Source: Paraspadella gotoi
Taxonomy: Eukaryota; Animalia; Chaetognatha
Assembly: GCA_051294375.1 (NCBI GenBank)
Contig: CM119267.1
Location: 5,446,578 to 5,510,577, forward strand
DNA length: 64,000 nt
Reading direction: 5' to 3'
Positions 35,962-49,517 of this stretch are shown here, piece after piece (the stretch's first letter is position 1; each line of letters begins with the position of its first letter). Both the position numbers and the translations under genes were made by a program. The notes under the pieces are model-generated. The model did no database searches, was not told where the DNA came from, and was given only the letters and a program-made list of their open reading frames with translations.

Positions 35962-37800
35962 AAAAAAAGAAGAGATTTAATTTGATACCACTCTCTGCTA
36001 GCCTTTTTCTTTCAGTTTTTATCTTTTTTCAACAGCGAGTACATCTTTGTTAATAAAATTTTGGCAAAGCGGGAGTATCTCACTTATTTCTATTGATACA
36101 AATTTAAATTTTTAAATAACTTAAAGAAAATTTTTTTGTCATTTAAAAAGTTGAAATTTTTTTAAAATTGTTGGAAAAACATTTTTTCCGACCTTACTGT
36201 CATTGAGAATAATGGTTTTTGCATGAAATTAAAATATAAAAAAATAAAAAAATAGCCTTAGAAAATTGAAAGGCTTGAGCCTGATTTTTTTAGACATTGT
36301 AAAATTTTTTTCCTCACTTCAAAATATTATTCTTCAGTTTCATATATTCTTTTTCAAAATATCACAATAATTTTTTTTATTAATTTAAAGATGTTTTATT
36401 CGAATGTGTTTTTGTTTGAAAGAATTGAAAAGTGAAAAATATAGTAATTATATAAGGTTTTTGGATACCTTTAAATATTAGATATTAGATACAAGGGGAG
36501 TGAAGCAGAGAACTTCCATTCATAAAAATTGAAAAATAAATTTGTCATATTGTTATTTAGATAATTGATAATTTAAAACATATGATTATATAAATTGAGA
36601 AATGATGGTAATAAATATTCATCTTGGTCTGTTACTATTAAATATGTAAAAGTTTTGTTTTTTAATAAATTAATATTTTTTTTGCATTTATAAAGCAATG
36701 GTCTAAATTTTGTAAGGCGTTTTCGAGCTATATTGCTTTATACTTTTTTCCTATTTTTGATCTATGTGTGTTAATGGTAGGGTTATGTCAGACAGTAATG
36801 TCTCAGTGTGTATATCGGCACATATTACAAAGTAATAATCAATTTAATTTGGTAGAAACAATTTTAAGATGCAATCAGACGTGACAGTCGCACGTTATTT
36901 TTCATTGTGTATAATATATTTTTTTTAAATTCCGAACGAATATTTTTTTTTTCACAGTCAACCAAGCGATCCTTGGTTCTCCTTGCCTCGTTCGGCCGAC
37001 AGGCGTCATCTGTTTACCGTACGTCCACACGATTGTTCTTTGTTTTTTTTCATTCTCTCTCTCTCTCCTCTGTTCTCGTTCATTCTCCTCTCTCGTCTCA
37101 TCTCTCTCTCTCTCTCCTCTCTCTCATCTCTCTTCTCTCTCTTTCTGTCTTCTCTCGTCTTTTTCCAGTTTTCTCACTTGTTTTTTTTCTCAATCGCGTT
37201 TGCGAGTCTTTTTATTCGCGTTCTTATGTGTGTGTTTGTTTTTGGTTTTTTTTTTTGCTCTGTTTTTTCCAAAACGTGAAAAGATAAAAAACAACAAACA
37301 ACAAAAACGCTAATCTTTTTTGACTGCGAATGATGGTGACGCTACTTATCGTTTTTTCCGCTTTACACCGCAAAACGATTTTCGGCGTCGTCGTCGTCGT
37401 CGGTCGCGTATAGTCTCGTCGTCGCCGCGTCCCGCGGCGTCGTTTCGGCGTTGTTTTCGTCGGCGGCGCGTTTGATTGCAAAGTAGGCGTGATAGATCAT
37501 CGACGAAATTGATTATGTTTCTGGCGACCGAGGTCGACCTTTTTTTAGTCACGTGACTCGTGTAAAGAAGATCAGTGATCCGGTCGTCACGAGGCACGCC
37601 CCCCCTTGTCAGGGGCCGGTCCAGGTTCCGTTGTCAGTTTTGCGAGCGTCGTTTGGCGGCGTCGCCCGTCCGCCATCTTTGTCCAAGGTTGTCACGCTCT
37701 TTGTTTCGTGACAGTCGTCGACGGGTCCGACGCCATGGTCGCGTCCGCGTCCGATCGAAACGGCGTCGACCTTACAGCTCTGACCGGCGACCCTCTGGCT

Positions 37801-37846
37801 TGAGAGAGAGAAAGAGGGGGGAGAGAGAGAGAGAGAGAGAGAGGAG

Positions 37847-37902
<56 letters not shown>

Positions 37903-38024
37903 AAAAGAGAAAGAAGAAGAGAGATAGAGGAGGAGAAGAGAGAGGAGGAGAGAGAGAGAGAGAGGAGAGGAGGAGAGAGAGAGAGCGAGAGAGAGGGAGG
38001 AGAGGAGAGAAAAAGAAGAAAGCA

Positions 38025-38092
<68 letters not shown>

Positions 38093-38270
38093 GGAGAGGA
38101 AGAGAAAAAGGAAAGAAAAGAGAAGATAGAGAGAGAAAGAAAGAGAGAGAAAACGAGAGATGAAAGAAAGAGAGAGAGATAGAAAGAAAGCAAAAGAGAA
38201 GAGAGAGAGAGAGCAGAGAGAGAGAGAGGAGAGAGGAGAGAGAGAGAGAGAGAGAGAGAGATGAGAGAGT
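37801..38270. repeat. Long GA-rich polypurine tract (duplicate at ~51356-51825)
   Basis: About 470 bp of near-pure purines on the + strand. Confidence 0.95.
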
Positions 38271-41130
38271 TGATCGTCGAAAAATAAGAAATAGAAACGC
38301 AAAGAATTGGATTGAAGATATTTCCTTTTCTATTTTTTTTTTTCTTTTTTATTCCTTTTTGTCTCTATTTACATTGTTTTATTGTTATTTTTCTTATTTC
38401 TTCCCATTTTGCGCGCAGGGTCTGACGCACGATGAGAGAAGACGAATCCGCGCCTCGTTTCGCTTCCTGCGAGGTGTTTCCCTGCTGGGTGCCGCGCGGG
38501 CGGCGTCGGATCGTCGCGCTACGGCGGGCGGCTGGCGTGGCGCGGTGCGCTTCCTGACGGCGAGAGTAGGTTTCCTCGGCGCGTCGCCTTTCGAAACCAC
38601 GTGGTGGCGGTGCCTGTCGGGGTCGTCGCCAATTCGCGCTGTCTTCGGAAAGCCTGCATTGATCAAGACCGAGGTAGGCGTTGTTTTTGAGGAGATGGGT
38701 GGAAATGAGGGAAACTTTTTTTGTGTTCGATTAATTGAATTTTGGAATTTTTCTCTTGTAAAATATAGAATTGAGAAGTGTTTTTCAAGAGAAAAGTTTA
38801 GAAATGGTCACATAGTTAACGCAATTGCGAGAAAAAGGCCTTTTTAAGGGTAGTAGCAAAAGACAAGTGACAAAAGGTAAAGGTCAAGTCCATGAGAAGC
38901 GAATGGGTAAGTCTGGAGCGATTTTGGCGATATAAGGGAAGGAAGAACCGAAGCGGAGAACTTCGATGTTTTCTCAGTCGGAGAATCTTTTTTTATACTT
39001 TTCTCTCACTCTCTCTCTTTCTCTCTCTCTCTTCTCTCTTTCTCTTCTCACTCTCTATCTCACTGCTCTCTCTCTTCTCTCTCTCTCTCTTCTCCGCGTT
39101 AAAAATAAAAGTTCGATTATATTTTGAGGATGAGAAGTCTTGAGTGTTGAAAGGTTAGTCGAAGGTGTTGAAGCCCGTTGAATTCCACTCGAGTCAATAA
39201 GAGGATTTCGCGGCGGGGGGGGGGGCGGGAAGGCGAGGGGGGCGAGTGAGCAAAAAAAAAATTATTTTTATTTTGTTAGTGAAGAAATTGAAGAAATAGA
39301 TGTACTAGATTTAGAATCGATCGATAAGGAAAAGTGGAAAAAATAAGCAGACACGCGCTAAGAAAAAAAAAAAAGAATGAAAAAATAAGGAAATCGCCAA
39401 AGAGAGAAAAAACAAAAACAAATTGGAATTTGCAATGGCAGAATGGCGCGATTGTGAAAACAGATTTTTTCTCGACGTGGTTGAAGATTACGAAATCGAA
39501 GGCTCATTAAAAACCTTGTTGTTGTTTTTTTGTTTTGCGTGTTTGTAGTGTTTCTCTTCTTTTTCGCCGCCTTTGGCTTTTCGTTTTGCGTTTTCATCGC
39601 TCCTTTTGACAAAAGTTCATTTGAGGGAAATTGGAGATAAGTATCCGAGTAATTTTCTTCGCGCTCTGTCGTGTCTTCCAGGTTAACATTGGAATAAAAT
39701 ATGAGGCGTTGAATAAAAGACGTCCGTCTTCGAAGGCTGGCGAAAAGAGAATGGTTTGAGAGTGGATTCTTTTTTTTGAGTGGCGAAGCTGTTACGTTAT
39801 CTGGAAGAGGAAAGATTTAAATTGTTCTTCGTGTCGATTTTATCAATCAAGGACAGAAGAGGACGTTTCGTCTCTTTGGAATACGCTCTCGACATCACCT
39901 TTCTTTCAAAGATACTCTTTGCTTCATTCTACGATGCAACGATCCGTCCGTTTGCAGTCAATTATGGTGCCTTAATGCCAGCACGGATACTCGACGTTGA
40001 AGGAAGAGTCTTCCTCGCCGAGGGGGTCGGAACTTTTTCATTCTTCCTCGCGAGAAATTACATAGGTTCATTTACTTGATTGAAATCGGAAAGAAAGGGA
40101 GGGAAAGGAAAGAGTGAGAGAGACGAGAGGAGAGAGAGAGAGAGAGAGAGAAGAGAGAGCAGGAGAGAAGAGAGAGAGGAGAGAGAAGAGAGAGAGAAAG
40201 AGAGACTTTTTCCTCGCAAATCTCTTTAGCATTGATATCGGCCAAAACGAGAGGCAGCTGAGGATTGCGCAAACAGAAGCGTAATCGAGTTTCGATGTGA
40301 AGCAAATTCGGGATTCAGCGCTAAAAACTTCTCTGTTTTATCTTTGCTTTTATTGTTTGTTTTTTATAAAATTCTATGTTTTTTAAATTTTCGAATTTTT
40401 GTCTTTGAAGGCGGATAAAGATTACGACGGAAGTTCTATTTGTAATGAATATTTTATAAACCTGTTCACAATGGTTTTTCCTTGTTTTTAACTCTTTTAT
40501 AATGTTTGAACTGAGTCTTGATGATTGATGCGTTATGAATATTTATAATTTAAATAATATAATTTATAGAGATGTATAGATAGAGGGGAAAGAAGTTCAG
40601 AATTATATAGATATATAAAAATCATATTTCATATATATATAGAGAGAGTACGACTGAAGATCGGTCATGCCTATAGCGGGGGTGAAGATGTTGCAATCCC
40701 AACTACAACACAAACTGTCCCAATGAGAAATATATGACATCGAAAAAACATATTATTAAAGTTTCGATTAGTCTCTATAAATGGGTTATTTTTGAAAATC
40801 CGCATTGATCGAAAAAAGTTCAAAAAATGGTCCAGAAACAGTAACTTTTCCGTACTAGTTAATATAAGAAGTTTATGTCACGAAGAGACGGAACGAATTT
40901 TTTTTGAAAGAATTTAAAATTCTTCGCGATGAAGATGTTGGAGAAAAAAAATTCGAAGTTTTGGGAAAAAGGTCATGTTTATGGTCTTGAAGAACACGAG
41001 AAATAAATTCCGAGAAAAAAAAAATTAAAAAAGGTTTATCTTTGAAGAAGAGTCGGAACTCGGAAGCCCGAAAATGCGTTGAAAGAAATTCGAGGCAAAA
41101 AAGTAGTTGGAAGGAAGAGGTCGAGGCTCA

Positions 41131-41445
41131 ATAGAGGCTCTACTAGAGGCTACTAGAGGCTCTACTAGAGGCCCCTACTAGAGGCTCTCACTAGAGGCCT
41201 ACTAGAGGCTCTACTAGAGCTCTACTGAGGCCCTATAGCAGGCTCTACTAGAGGCTCTACTCAGTAGGCTTTACTAGAGGTCTACTAGAGGCCCTTCTAG
41301 AGGCCTACTAGAGGCTCTACTAGAGGCCTCTACTAGAGGCTCTCTAGAGGCCCTTTCTAGAGTGCTCTACTAGAGACTCATCCTAGAGGCCTACTAGAGG
41401 CTCTACTAGAGGCCTCTAACTGAGGTCTAAACTACTACTCTAGTC
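41131..41445. repeat. 10-13-bp minisatellite (tagaggctctac); duplicate at ~54686-55000
   Basis: More than 20 degenerate ctactagagg(ct) units. Confidence 0.95.
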
Positions 41446-43150
41446 TAAATCAATGTTGTAAGAAGCCTCTCTCATCCAAAACATTTAAAAAAAAGAACGG
41501 TCGTAATTCGCAATGTGTTGCGCCGCAGTGACTTATTTTTACGTGTATTTCCCTTGACAAATGATATGACATGACGATTGCAAGTTATGAGGCATTTTTA
41601 ACGTAAGTGGGATGAACGAGGAACGACCGACCGACCGAAGACCGTCCGAACTAACGTGACTTATAGAGTAGCTGCGCGAGTATTGCTGCGCAAATAAAAA
41701 AAGGTGAAAACCGCAAAACAAAGAATCTAAATAGGAATAAAATAGAAATAAAAGAAGCTCCTATTATTTAGATTAAAATGAAAGATAATCTTGGAAAGCG
41801 TCACAAAGCGCGTTTGAAAGAAGCTCCACTGCTCTCTCTCTCTCTTGGCTGAACGCAGTCTCCTCTTAGCCGCGGGTCGGAGGGGTCGCCGCGTTCTCTC
41901 GCAGACCGACGAAGCCTCGACTTTTAATGCGCAGAGTTTGTTTTTTGGGGGCGGGGGATTTCCCTGGGGGGGGGAGGGAATGCGGTGGTGGGGAAGGGAA
42001 AAAAGTGTGATGCGATTGGTAAGTGAGAAGAAGGAGAGGAAGAGATGAGAACGTCGAAAGAAGGTGGGAGGGGAAGGTGGAGGGGGTGGAGGGGTAGAGT
42101 CTTCGCTTCGGGGTTAAGATTGAATGGGCGGAAAAAAAAAAGGTAGGGGGAAACTTCGGATGGGGGGGGAGAGACGAGTTTTTTTTCGAGGGGAAGGCTA
42201 AGACGATGGGAGAAAAAAGGCGCGGGCGGCTCGTTTTCCTTCTCGACCTAAGGGAGACCCGATACGAGGGCCTTTTCGATGCTTCACGAAAACTCGAGAG
42301 TGGAGAGAATGCGGCCCGTGGGGGGAAGGGGGGAAGGGCGGAAAGGGGGAAGGGCGGGAAGGGGGGGAAAGGGGGAAAGGGAAAGAGGGATTTGTTTTTT
42401 TTTTTTTTTAAGTTAAAATTTGGTAAAAAAATTTTTGGTTTCACGACGAACAGGAATTGAAGAGAAAAAAAAAACTTTACTCGGCCGAGAATTTTTTTGT
42501 TTTGTATTCGTGAAATAAATGAGGTATGGTTGTAACTTTAAACTAACTATAAGTTAAAACATGAAACAGAACATTTAAAATTCCATGGCTGGTCAGAATG
42601 GACTGAAGAAGGGACGCAAAGACGAAAAAGCCTTCAAAGGACGGCCATTAATCGGCGTGCAAATGAACGAGAGAGGAATCATCATATTCAATGTGTGTTT
42701 TTTTTAAAGAAAATTAATTATTGAATTCGTCATCGCTGAATTTATTCGACGATCGAAAATCTAAGGCAAATCGTTTTTTGGTCGTTTTAAAATCGTTTAC
42801 CCGTGGACGTGCTTCGGCGCAGAGGTGGAATGTGGTGCTGCAACTTATATATTAAGAAGAAAACGGGTCTGATGGAATCGAGATACCGCTTGACTTGGGC
42901 AATTTAGTAGGGGGAAACCACGGATTTAAACTTTCTAATCTTCGTGTTCGAAATTATTTTATCATTAATAATTAAATCATATAATTAATTAATTATTAAT
43001 TAATTATAATTAATTAATGAAAAAATCTTAATTGCTCAACGGACGGGCGATGACGTAATTTCAACTCTTGGCTTCTACTTTTGGTTCCGATGGTGATCAA
43101 TCGCCGTTTTAGATACTCGGCTGATACCAGTGTGTGGACAGAAGGAAGAA

Positions 43151-43181
<31 letters not shown>

Positions 43182-43188
43182 GAGAGAG

Positions 43189-43221
<33 letters not shown>

Positions 43222-44682
43222 AAGATTAAGCACCTACTTAATTCGGATTTCGCGACACCACTTTGGAACTCTGTCCGCAATTATTAGCGGCAACGAACAG
43301 CGTTCCCCGCGGCTCCGCTCCGCGAGGCGAGCAGTCCTAAGTCCGAACCCAAGGTGACCCCCCTTCCTACTTTCCTTCTTTCTTTAAAAACCTTGCCGCA
43401 AGACGGAAAAATCTCCCCTTTCCCGAAAAAAAAAAAAAAAAAACCTAAAAAACTCCGCACCGTGCGAGGCGGGAAATGCTCTTTTGGACGTGCGGTGCCA
43501 GTCTTCCCTCTCGACCGCAACTGGGACGCTCTTCACATCTCAAACGGAGATTTTCGCCGCCGGGAATTCGAACGGTGCCTTGCGACCTTCAGCCCTCCTT
43601 TTCTCCTGGGGGTCTGCTGCCCCCCCCCAAACCACATCGAACGGAACTCGAGGGCTCGGCGCACCTTTTGAAAGAGAGAGAGGGCGTTGGGAGAAGAAGC
43701 GCGCTGACGTCGACATCGGACGCGGCGTGACAAAATAGACCCGGACTGGAAAATCTGGGACGGACGCGAGGGCCAAAAATAGGGGGCGTGGTAAAAAAAA
43801 AAGGGGCCGCCGGAGCAAGGGGGGGAATGTGGGCTGGGCGAAGCCGGGACGCCTTCCATGCAAACCGAGGCGTCAAAGACCGGGCGTCAAAGACCAGTCA
43901 CGCGCGGACGTGAAGGATCCCAGATCGCGTCGGGCAATGACGCCGAATCTCGATTCTGGTGGAGACGCAGCGTTGGGCCGAAAGTCGTCCGTGGACGCCG
44001 AAAAGAAATGAGGGGCGAGAGAGACGGTTGTATACTTGGGAGCGAGGAAGTTTATTGGGCAAAAAAGTAGAAAAAAAAAAACAGATTTAAGATTAAGAGA
44101 TAAAAGAGTAAGGATTAAAGAAAACAAAAATTATCACACGATTATGACATCGATTTTTTTTGTCAAAACGAAGCAGTTTTTCTTTACTTATTAATCGATA
44201 CATAGTAAAGACATGAGAAGAATTGGTAGTATTTATTAATGCCTTGTTAAACCCAACAGATGATGAGCTTATCTCACGACTCAACAATTAGGAGAAGTAT
44301 TCAGACGTTATTCAGTGGAGGCTTTCGGAAGTGAGAGGGAAAACTAACTCTTTTTAACAGTTTAAATATTTTTTCCATCTTCGCGTGCATTAGTCACTGC
44401 CTCTCAGTCCTTCTGCCATCGCCCTTCAGTTGGGTTATTAAACGAAATACGGGGGAAAAAACGATAAAAAAATAAATAAAACAAAATAAATGGCGGAGAG
44501 ATTCGATGACGCGAGAAGCACGAAACGACGAGCGATGGAACGCGTGGATGTGAGGCGATTTAAAAAGAGAAGAAAAAGAAGTAAACAAAGAAGGTTAAGG
44601 TGAAGATGATTTCAAAAGAGAAGAAACATCCAGTTCGCGAACTGGTCCGCGGGTGGAGGAGGAAGAGAGAGAGAGAGTAGAG

Positions 44683-44715
<33 letters not shown>

Positions 44716-45884
44716 TGAGAGAGATGGGAGAGAGAGAGAGAGGGAAGAGAAGGTCGCTGATTTTTGACGAGACGTAAAAACTCTGCCACGCCCATACCCG
44801 ATTCCGCCGACTGAAAACGGAATCGTGGAACTGGAATTAGATTCGTCGAAGGAAAAAAATCGGCGAAGGAAACAACGGGGGGTCCGATTTCCTCCAGCGG
44901 GATCTGCACCGACAACCGCCCGCCCCGCGCCGCCGCCTCTTCTATTTCGTCTTACTCCTCAACCCCATTTCATCCAAACCAGACACTCCAAGTCGATGAC
45001 GATGACGATGATGATGATGTGAGATGATGATGAATGATGGATGATGATGATGGATGATGATAATGATGATGATGATGATGATGTTGATGATGATGATGAT
45101 AACTCTTGGCTGCCTCATTCGCAAGCGGATTCTACGAACCTGACTCAAACTTCTCCTCGAAACACTGCGCTTGGCCTTCTCCAACCGCCAGTGACTGTGA
45201 GAGTTCATTTGCCGCTGGTCCCACTCTGACCAGAGTGAACGCTTTCGACCGCGACGACGCCTCAGCGGTCACCACTCTGCCGTCCTCCAGACGGTCCGCC
45301 CTCTCTCGTTGCCGAAACCTTTGGTGCGAAATAAAAGAAGGATTTCGTCGGATTTTTTGCCCCCAACGAGTCTTATTCCGGACGCGGCGGACGGCCGCCA
45401 GCAGCCGCCGCTCTCGACGGGGCACGCCGCCGCGCCCGCAGTACGCCGCGGGCGCCGCAGTCGCCGACGATGCTCCCGCAGTCGCCGCGCCGTGTTTGGG
45501 GTCGTAAATGCAAATTTTACGACAGATCGAAGTATCTAACTACGGGGCCAAAATTGACGTGTCGCCGACGACGAGACGACGACGAGAGACAGACGACGAA
45601 CGACGAACGTTTTCGATTCGACGCCAAGCGGAGAGAGAGTTAATAGTACTTGCAACTAAGACAAACATACTTATAGAAGGACTGTTTTATTTACATTAAA
45701 TAAACTTAGAACTCATAAGATCTGCTAGACGAGTACAATAATTTTCTTTTAACAAATGGCAGCGCACAAAATTGCATTAAAGTAATAGTATAGTACTCGG
45801 TACTACTACTGTATGAAAGATAACCACAATATGTAATGAAAAATAGGATGATTTGTCTGAATGTTGAAAAAACTTTTTAGACGC

Positions 45885-45926
<42 letters not shown>

Positions 45927-46349
45927 AAGAGCAGAGAGAGAGAGAGAGAAGAAGAGAGAGCGAGAGACGAAAGAAAGAGAGGAGAGAGAGAACTAATGAC
46001 AGAGAGACAGAGACAGCTTACACGTTTTTCATTTTGTCTTGTTTTTATAAACTTAAATTTAGAAGCAATTGGAAAAAACAAATTATAAATGGATTAAGAT
46101 ATGGAAAAAAACAGATTCAAGGTGAAAATGCATGACTATTTACTCAAAATGCTGCGAATGCGTTCTCCACCGATGATAACGAATTAAAGAAAAAGACGAA
46201 AATGAACCGCACGATGGTCTTCCAGCGCCTTGCGCTGTGATTCCTTTATTCCTCCTTGCCCCTTTTTCTCTCTCCGATGTCGCCGATTACAGAGACAGGA
46301 ATAAATGGAACAAAGACGACGGGACGCTGACGTTGCAGATAGAGAGAGA

Positions 46350-46383
<34 letters not shown>

Positions 46384-46597
46384 AGAGAGCGAGAGATGAA
46401 TTCCTGGGTTCAAGGACATCAGCTCATTGGCTTCAGTTTATGCTTTCTCCGGCGGTGCTTGAACTCAGACTATTTCTTTAGATGGAAGAAGGAGAGAAAA
46501 AAAAAGAAAGTTGGAGGGAAAAGACCTCAATATCGAAAACAAAGTGGTATTTAAAGGAAAAATATTGTTATGATTCTTCTTTTCGTTGTGTTTGGTA

Positions 46598-47756
46598 TTA
46601 GGAAAAACAGTTTTAAGGTTCACAACGATTTATTATTGGATATAAGTCGGACAAAGTTTCAACCTCTTTATTAAGAGTCTCTTCAGCGATTTTTTAATAT
46701 CAACAATTCTCTCTTTAACATTAGCTTTGAGAGTGGAGAAGCTAATGTTAAAGAGAAAAATTGTATTGATCTATTAAAGGGGACCCAGTGATAAAAGTGA
46801 TTATCTATAAAGCTTAGGGTCTATCATCAAAGGAATTTGAAAGGTGATAGTTCAATTATTTTTTCTTTGCACGGGAAAGTGGCAAAAAATTCCATCCTCT
46901 TATTGTAGCGGAAACAAAAATTAATAATTATGAAAAAAACATTTAGTTGACCTACCTAAATATTATATAATCCATTCTTTTATTTTTGCATTAGAAAGTA
47001 ATTTTTTTACAAAATTCCAATTTTTTATTTTTTACTGTAAAAAGCTATAATTTTAAGGTTTAAGCCTCATTGAACAAAGGTTTACAAGACTATATTTTTA
47101 TATTTTATATTTATTTAAAAAGCACAAAAATCAAACTAAATTCCTATTCTTACAAGAAACAAAACTGTAATAATTATTAATTATATTCATATTCAATTCC
47201 CTTAATGATTATTAAACTATATTGATTCCTAATTATAATAATTAAAAATTTAGCAAAAATAAAGAATCTTCTCTTCTTTTATATTTATATTACTTAAAGA
47301 TTTTATTTTCATCAAATTAACAGAATCAATTTGGAAAAGGAAAGTTAAAATAAAATCAGTCGTACCTTAAATTTGGATTCATTCCTAGTTTTTTTTCTTA
47401 TAAATTTTTTGATAAAGCTGAAAATCTTTTTAAAATTAGATCTTACGCCTTTTTGAGAAAAAATTTTTAAAACTTGAAAAAAGAATTTTCTTCTTACACC
47501 GATTTTTTTAAAGAAAATTAAGTCGACTGATTTTATCGAATTTTTTAACTTACTTTTCCAAATGAATTAAAGAAGAAATAATATGGTCAAGACCAACTTA
47601 AGTTAAAGGGTCAAACATTATGTTTTCAAGCTTTTTTACCCCCTGTTTCACATTGGGTCCCCTTAAAATCGTGAACGAAGATCTATAAAGAGTTGAAAAC
47701 TTGTCCGAACTTATATCCAATAATAAATCCGTGTTGACCTTAAACTGTTTTTCTAA
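46598..47756. mobile_element. ~270-bp palindromic MITE interrupted by a nested insertion (duplicate at 60180-61338)
   Basis: Termini ttaggaaaaacag...ctgtttttctaa; central hairpin tctctttaacattagctt/aagctaatgttaaagaga at ~46710-46757; the right arm resumes at 47663. Confidence 0.75.
46778..47662. mobile_element. Non-autonomous TTAA-flanked element, Kolobok-like (duplicate at 60360-61244)
   Basis: TTAA|aggggacccagtg ... cattgggtcccc|TTAA: short TIRs starting with purines, TTAA on both sides. Confidence 0.7.
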
Positions 47757-47958
47757 GGAAAAATATTAAATTCAATAGATGGATTGGAAGAAAATCAAGT
47801 TTTATACTTATGCACCGACAAATATAGTTATTTTAACAAAAAATATTAAATACATATATATATGGAACTAAGAGTAATTTGATTCTTGTCCTTAAACCTA
47901 TATTATTGGACCCTGCTAAAAGATAATATCGAACAGAGGATCGTCATTGCTCGAATCG

Positions 47959-49517
47959 TAAAAAAATCGCACGGGCCGAAGCGATCCTCGTTCCGGAAAT
48001 TAAGATATTCGAATCGCTGCGCCCAGAGCTTTCGGTGGTCGTGAAAACTCGACGACTCGAACCGAACAGAGAAGGACATTTTCTATGAATTCCTTCCTTT
48101 TCTTTCCTTTTATTGTTTAAGCAAAATTAATAATAAAATGTTAATTAATATTTATTATAAATATATATTATATAAAGCTATCTGGCCCCGCTTTTGATAG
48201 GCTTATCATAGCCTATGCTAGTTAAGGCCTATCCATCTCTTTACAGTCCCTGCAAGCTTTCCATCAAGTTATCTCACAGTCTAGTTTATTCGCTCCCAGA
48301 GACTGGCTTTCCTTTTGATGAAGTAGTAATTATGTTTTTATTTAAACTTGGTTTCCAATCGTAAAAAATGGGTCCCGTATTCATATCGGGGATTATTGTA
48401 TTGTATTTCAGAAATTACGGCACTGACAACTTCCGAATTCGCAATTAAGAAAATTAATATTTTAACGAAGTTTAATTCAAACTCTAAAAAAGTCGTCTTG
48501 ACGGCGCGAGGGACGCCGATGTTGATATAATGGCGCCGACGCTAATGAGTCGTCGTCGCCGATCGTTGGTAGTCAACGCCGGCACTTGTCGCGTCGGCTG
48601 TTGTCATCAATTGTCGTTAATTGTCGGCGTCACAGTTGTCATACTACTAGACGTTATATGTCGCGGTCGCTGTGTCATCAAGTCGTTGATTGTGGCGTCG
48701 CTGTTGTCATCATTGTCGTTGTTGTTCGGCGTCCGACTGTTGGTCATCATTTGTCGTTGATTGTTCGCGTCCGTTGTCGTCATCCAACAGTGTTGATTGT
48801 CGGACGTCGCTGTTGTCATCATTGTCGTTGATTGTCGCGTGCTNNNNNNNNNNNNNNNNNNNNNNNNNGACAATTAACGACAATGATGACAACAGCGACG
48901 CCGACAATGCCGGCGTTGACTACCAAGCGACGGCGACGACGTGACTCATTAGCGTCGGCGCCATTAATCAACGATCGGCGTCCCTCGCGGCGTCAAGACG
49001 ACTTTTTTTAGAGTTTGAATAAACTTCGTTAAAATATTAATTTTCTTAATGCGAATCGGAAGTTGGAGTGCGCTATTATCTGAATACAATACTAATTAAT
49101 CCCCGATATAATACTGGACCCATTTTTTACGATTGAAACAGTTTAAATAAAAACATATTACTACTTCATCAAAAGGAAAGCCAGGTTCTCTGGGAGCGAA
49201 TAAACTAGACTGTGAGATAGATTTGATGGAAAGCTTGCAGGGACTTGTAAGAGAGATGGAGGCCTTAACTAGCCATAGCCTATCAAAAGTCGGGGGCCAG
49301 ATAGCTTTATATAATTAATAAATATTAATTACATTTTTATTATTACATTTTGCTTAACAATAAAAGGAAAGAAAAGGAAGGAATTCACTACCGAAAATGT
49401 TCCTTCTCTGTTTCGGGTTCGAGTCGTCGAGTTTTCACGACCACCGAAATCTCGGGCGCAGCGATCGAATATCGTTAATTTCCGGAACGAGGATCGCTTC
49501 GGCGTGCGATTTTTTTA
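47959..49517. mobile_element. ~1.55-kb foldback element with ~650-bp inverted arms and a minisatellite centre (contains a 25-N gap)
   Basis: taaaaaaatcgcacg...cgtgcgattttttta; 47959-~48620 is reverse complementary to ~48869-49517. Confidence 0.75.

Larger units (their letters stand above)
35962..47959. repeat. Tandem segmental duplication, copy A (about 12 kb; offset 13,555)
   Basis: All ORFs from 36907 to 45699 recur identically at +13555. Starts aaaaaaagaagagatttaatttgatacc and ends gctcgaatcgt. Confidence 0.95.

Noticed and set aside
37346-37597. KKR-flanked peptide STSVARNIINFVDDLSRLL as a neuropeptide precursor
   Set aside because: No signal peptide exon or amidation site found; resemblance to CRH/ELH-like peptides is too weak.
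37575-38302. Long ORFs rich in ER or LS dipeptides (also near 15146-15695, 18635-19111 and in the duplicate copy)
   Set aside because: They are translations of GA/CT microsatellites, not genes.
41131-41445. Repeat array that might resemble CRISPR
   Set aside because: Short contiguous degenerate units with no unique spacers and no cas genes, in a eukaryotic context; it is a minisatellite.
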